NCBI GenBank assembly: GCA_963740315.1
Contig: CAVUDP010000002.1
Span: 2,496,001-2,560,000 of the forward strand
Direction: 5' to 3'
DNA: 64,000 nt
Source of the DNA: an uncultured cyanobacterium
Lineage (GTDB): Bacteria; Cyanobacteriota; Cyanobacteriia; Cyanobacteriales; Nostocaceae
Below are positions 62,783 to 64,000 of the stretch, one piece after another (the first letter of the stretch is position 1; every line of letters begins with the position of its first letter). The notes beneath the pieces are model-generated. The model was given only the letters and a program-made list of their open reading frames with translations, made no database searches and was not told where the DNA came from. Made by a program: the position numbers and the translations under genes.

Positions 62783-64000
62783 TTATTTAGAAGCAGTCCA
62801 CCAAGCTAAAGCATAAGGTTGAGTTGGTTCGTTGATGCTATTTTTAAACTTGACGCTGATTTTATAATTACCATCTTCGGGTACTTTACAAAAAATATGT
62901 TCTACGCTATCAACTCGGCTAACAGAAGCACAACTACTGCGATTATTTTTATCTTTTGCGTCTGCTTTTACTAAATGCAAATCGAGATTATTTAAACCGC
63001 GATCGCGAAAAATTTCCCCTTTATCATATCTACCATTTTTGTTAGTATCGCCGAGTTCTACTAACCTATCCCAAGCTAAAGTAATAGCCACAAAACTTCC
63101 CTTTTGTAAAGGTTTTGTTAAAGCGTAATCCGCAGATGTTCCGGCGAAAATTGCCCGATAATCCCAACCAATAGCCGGTACTGCTTGTGATGGAGTCCAT
63201 TGTCCGGCGCTAAACTGTTGGTAAGCACGAAAAGCATTTAAATGTCCGGTTCCCATTTGAGTATGTAAGGGAATTGCTGTGTCTCTGAAAGCATCAGAAT
63301 CCAACCAATCTTTATTTTGTTTATCAATTAAAGTGCGAGTCATTCCCAACTTCAAGCCATTGCGATCGTCTTGAATCTTGTCCGTTGAATTGAGTAAAAC
63401 AGCTTTCATAACTTCATGACGGCGAGAATCAATACTCCAAGCTTTTTGTTGAGCGGGTAATTTTTGAGCAAGTCTTAACATCCGATCGCCAAATTCTTGC
63501 AGCAAAGCGATCGTACCCGTAACGTGAGGCGCGGCAAAACTCGTTCCCGTCACCTTTTTAGTTCGTCCATCGGGATTGAGCAACTCAATGCGATTTCCAG
63601 GTGCAACAATGCTAATAGTACGACGCGGACCTAAATTAAGTTCCTTCCCTGCTAAACGTGCAGTCATTGACTGATTAATAGCCACCAAATTTGAGACATC
63701 AAGTTTTCTAAAAATCTCTCCTCGGCGAGAGGAAAAAGCAATATTCATTCCATTAAAATTATCTGTAGGAATGGGAATACCGCCCTTACCTTGATTACCC
63801 GCGATCGCATACAAAACATTATGAACGCGACTTGACCAATCAACGCATAATGTCAGCAAAGCTTTACCATCCAAAACCGGATCTGGTCTGGGATCGCGAC
63901 TTAAAGGTTCGCCAAAGCTAAAATTAATAGCCCGAACATCATTACCGTTTTGTAAAGCAATATGTTGTGCCGATAAACATTCCTCCGGTTGCCCCATACC
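62783..64000 (-). CDS. S8 (subtilase) serine peptidase, 5' part outside the window
   Basis: INFSFG, AGN oxyanion residue, VAPG, GTSFAAPHV catalytic Ser; C-terminal TLAW...NNLDL...VEHI domain. Confidence 0.9.
   Translation of the reverse strand, partial: GMGQPEECLSAQHIALQNGNDVRAINFSFGEPLSRDPRPDPVLDGKALLTLCVDWSSRVHNVLYAIAGNQGKGGIPIPTDNFNGMNIAFSSRRGEIFRKLDVSNLVAINQSMTARLAGKELNLGPRRTISIVAPGNRIELLNPDGRTKKVTGTSFAAPHVTGTIALLQEFGDRMLRLAQKLPAQQKAWSIDSRRHEVMKAVLLNSTDKIQDDRNGLKLGMTRTLIDKQNKDWLDSDAFRDTAIPLHTQMGTGHLNAFRAYQQFSAGQWTPSQAVPAIGWDYRAIFAGTSADYALTKPLQKGSFVAITLAWDRLVELGDTNKNGRYDKGEIFRDRGLNNLDLHLVKADAKDKNNRSSCASVSRVDSVEHIFCKVPEDGNYKISVKFKNSINEPTQPYALAWWTASK

Overview
AT-rich chromosomal DNA of a filamentous cyanobacterium, probably Nostocales. 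This is inferred from frequent HIP1 octamers (GCGATCGC), heptamer/octamer STRR arrays and gene content. Housekeeping genes include fbaA, tRNA-Lys(UUU), pdhA, ftn2/zipN, sucC/sucD-like, leuB, pilD, accD, sdhB, calA (cyAbrB), frr, pyrH and an LCP protein. Three accessory modules stand out. (1) A TetR/MFP/RND efflux operon and two tandem Coq4-like genes 7.6 kb away share a double-palindrome operator (TGAC-N6-GTCA-TG-TGAC-N6-GTCA) and the same TTGACA-N18-TATAGT promoter, suggesting one regulon. (2) A retropepsin-like protease / inactive transglutaminase-7TM / ATP-grasp ligase trio. (3) A cluster of serpin, HTH-STAND-TPR protein, 18-aa micro-ORF, stand-alone DUF4347-like protein, GRDP-like protein and subtilase. 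Intergenic DNA is full of very small mobile repeats (GTAG REP-like hairpins, TIR-bounded MITE-like shells, nested 24-bp elements). Several genes are broken: a PLP ammonia-lyase by a 55-bp insertion, an ABC operon by an internal deletion, and a sugar-binding protein by a frameshift at a HIP1 site. All family calls come from reading motifs by eye; no database searches were run.
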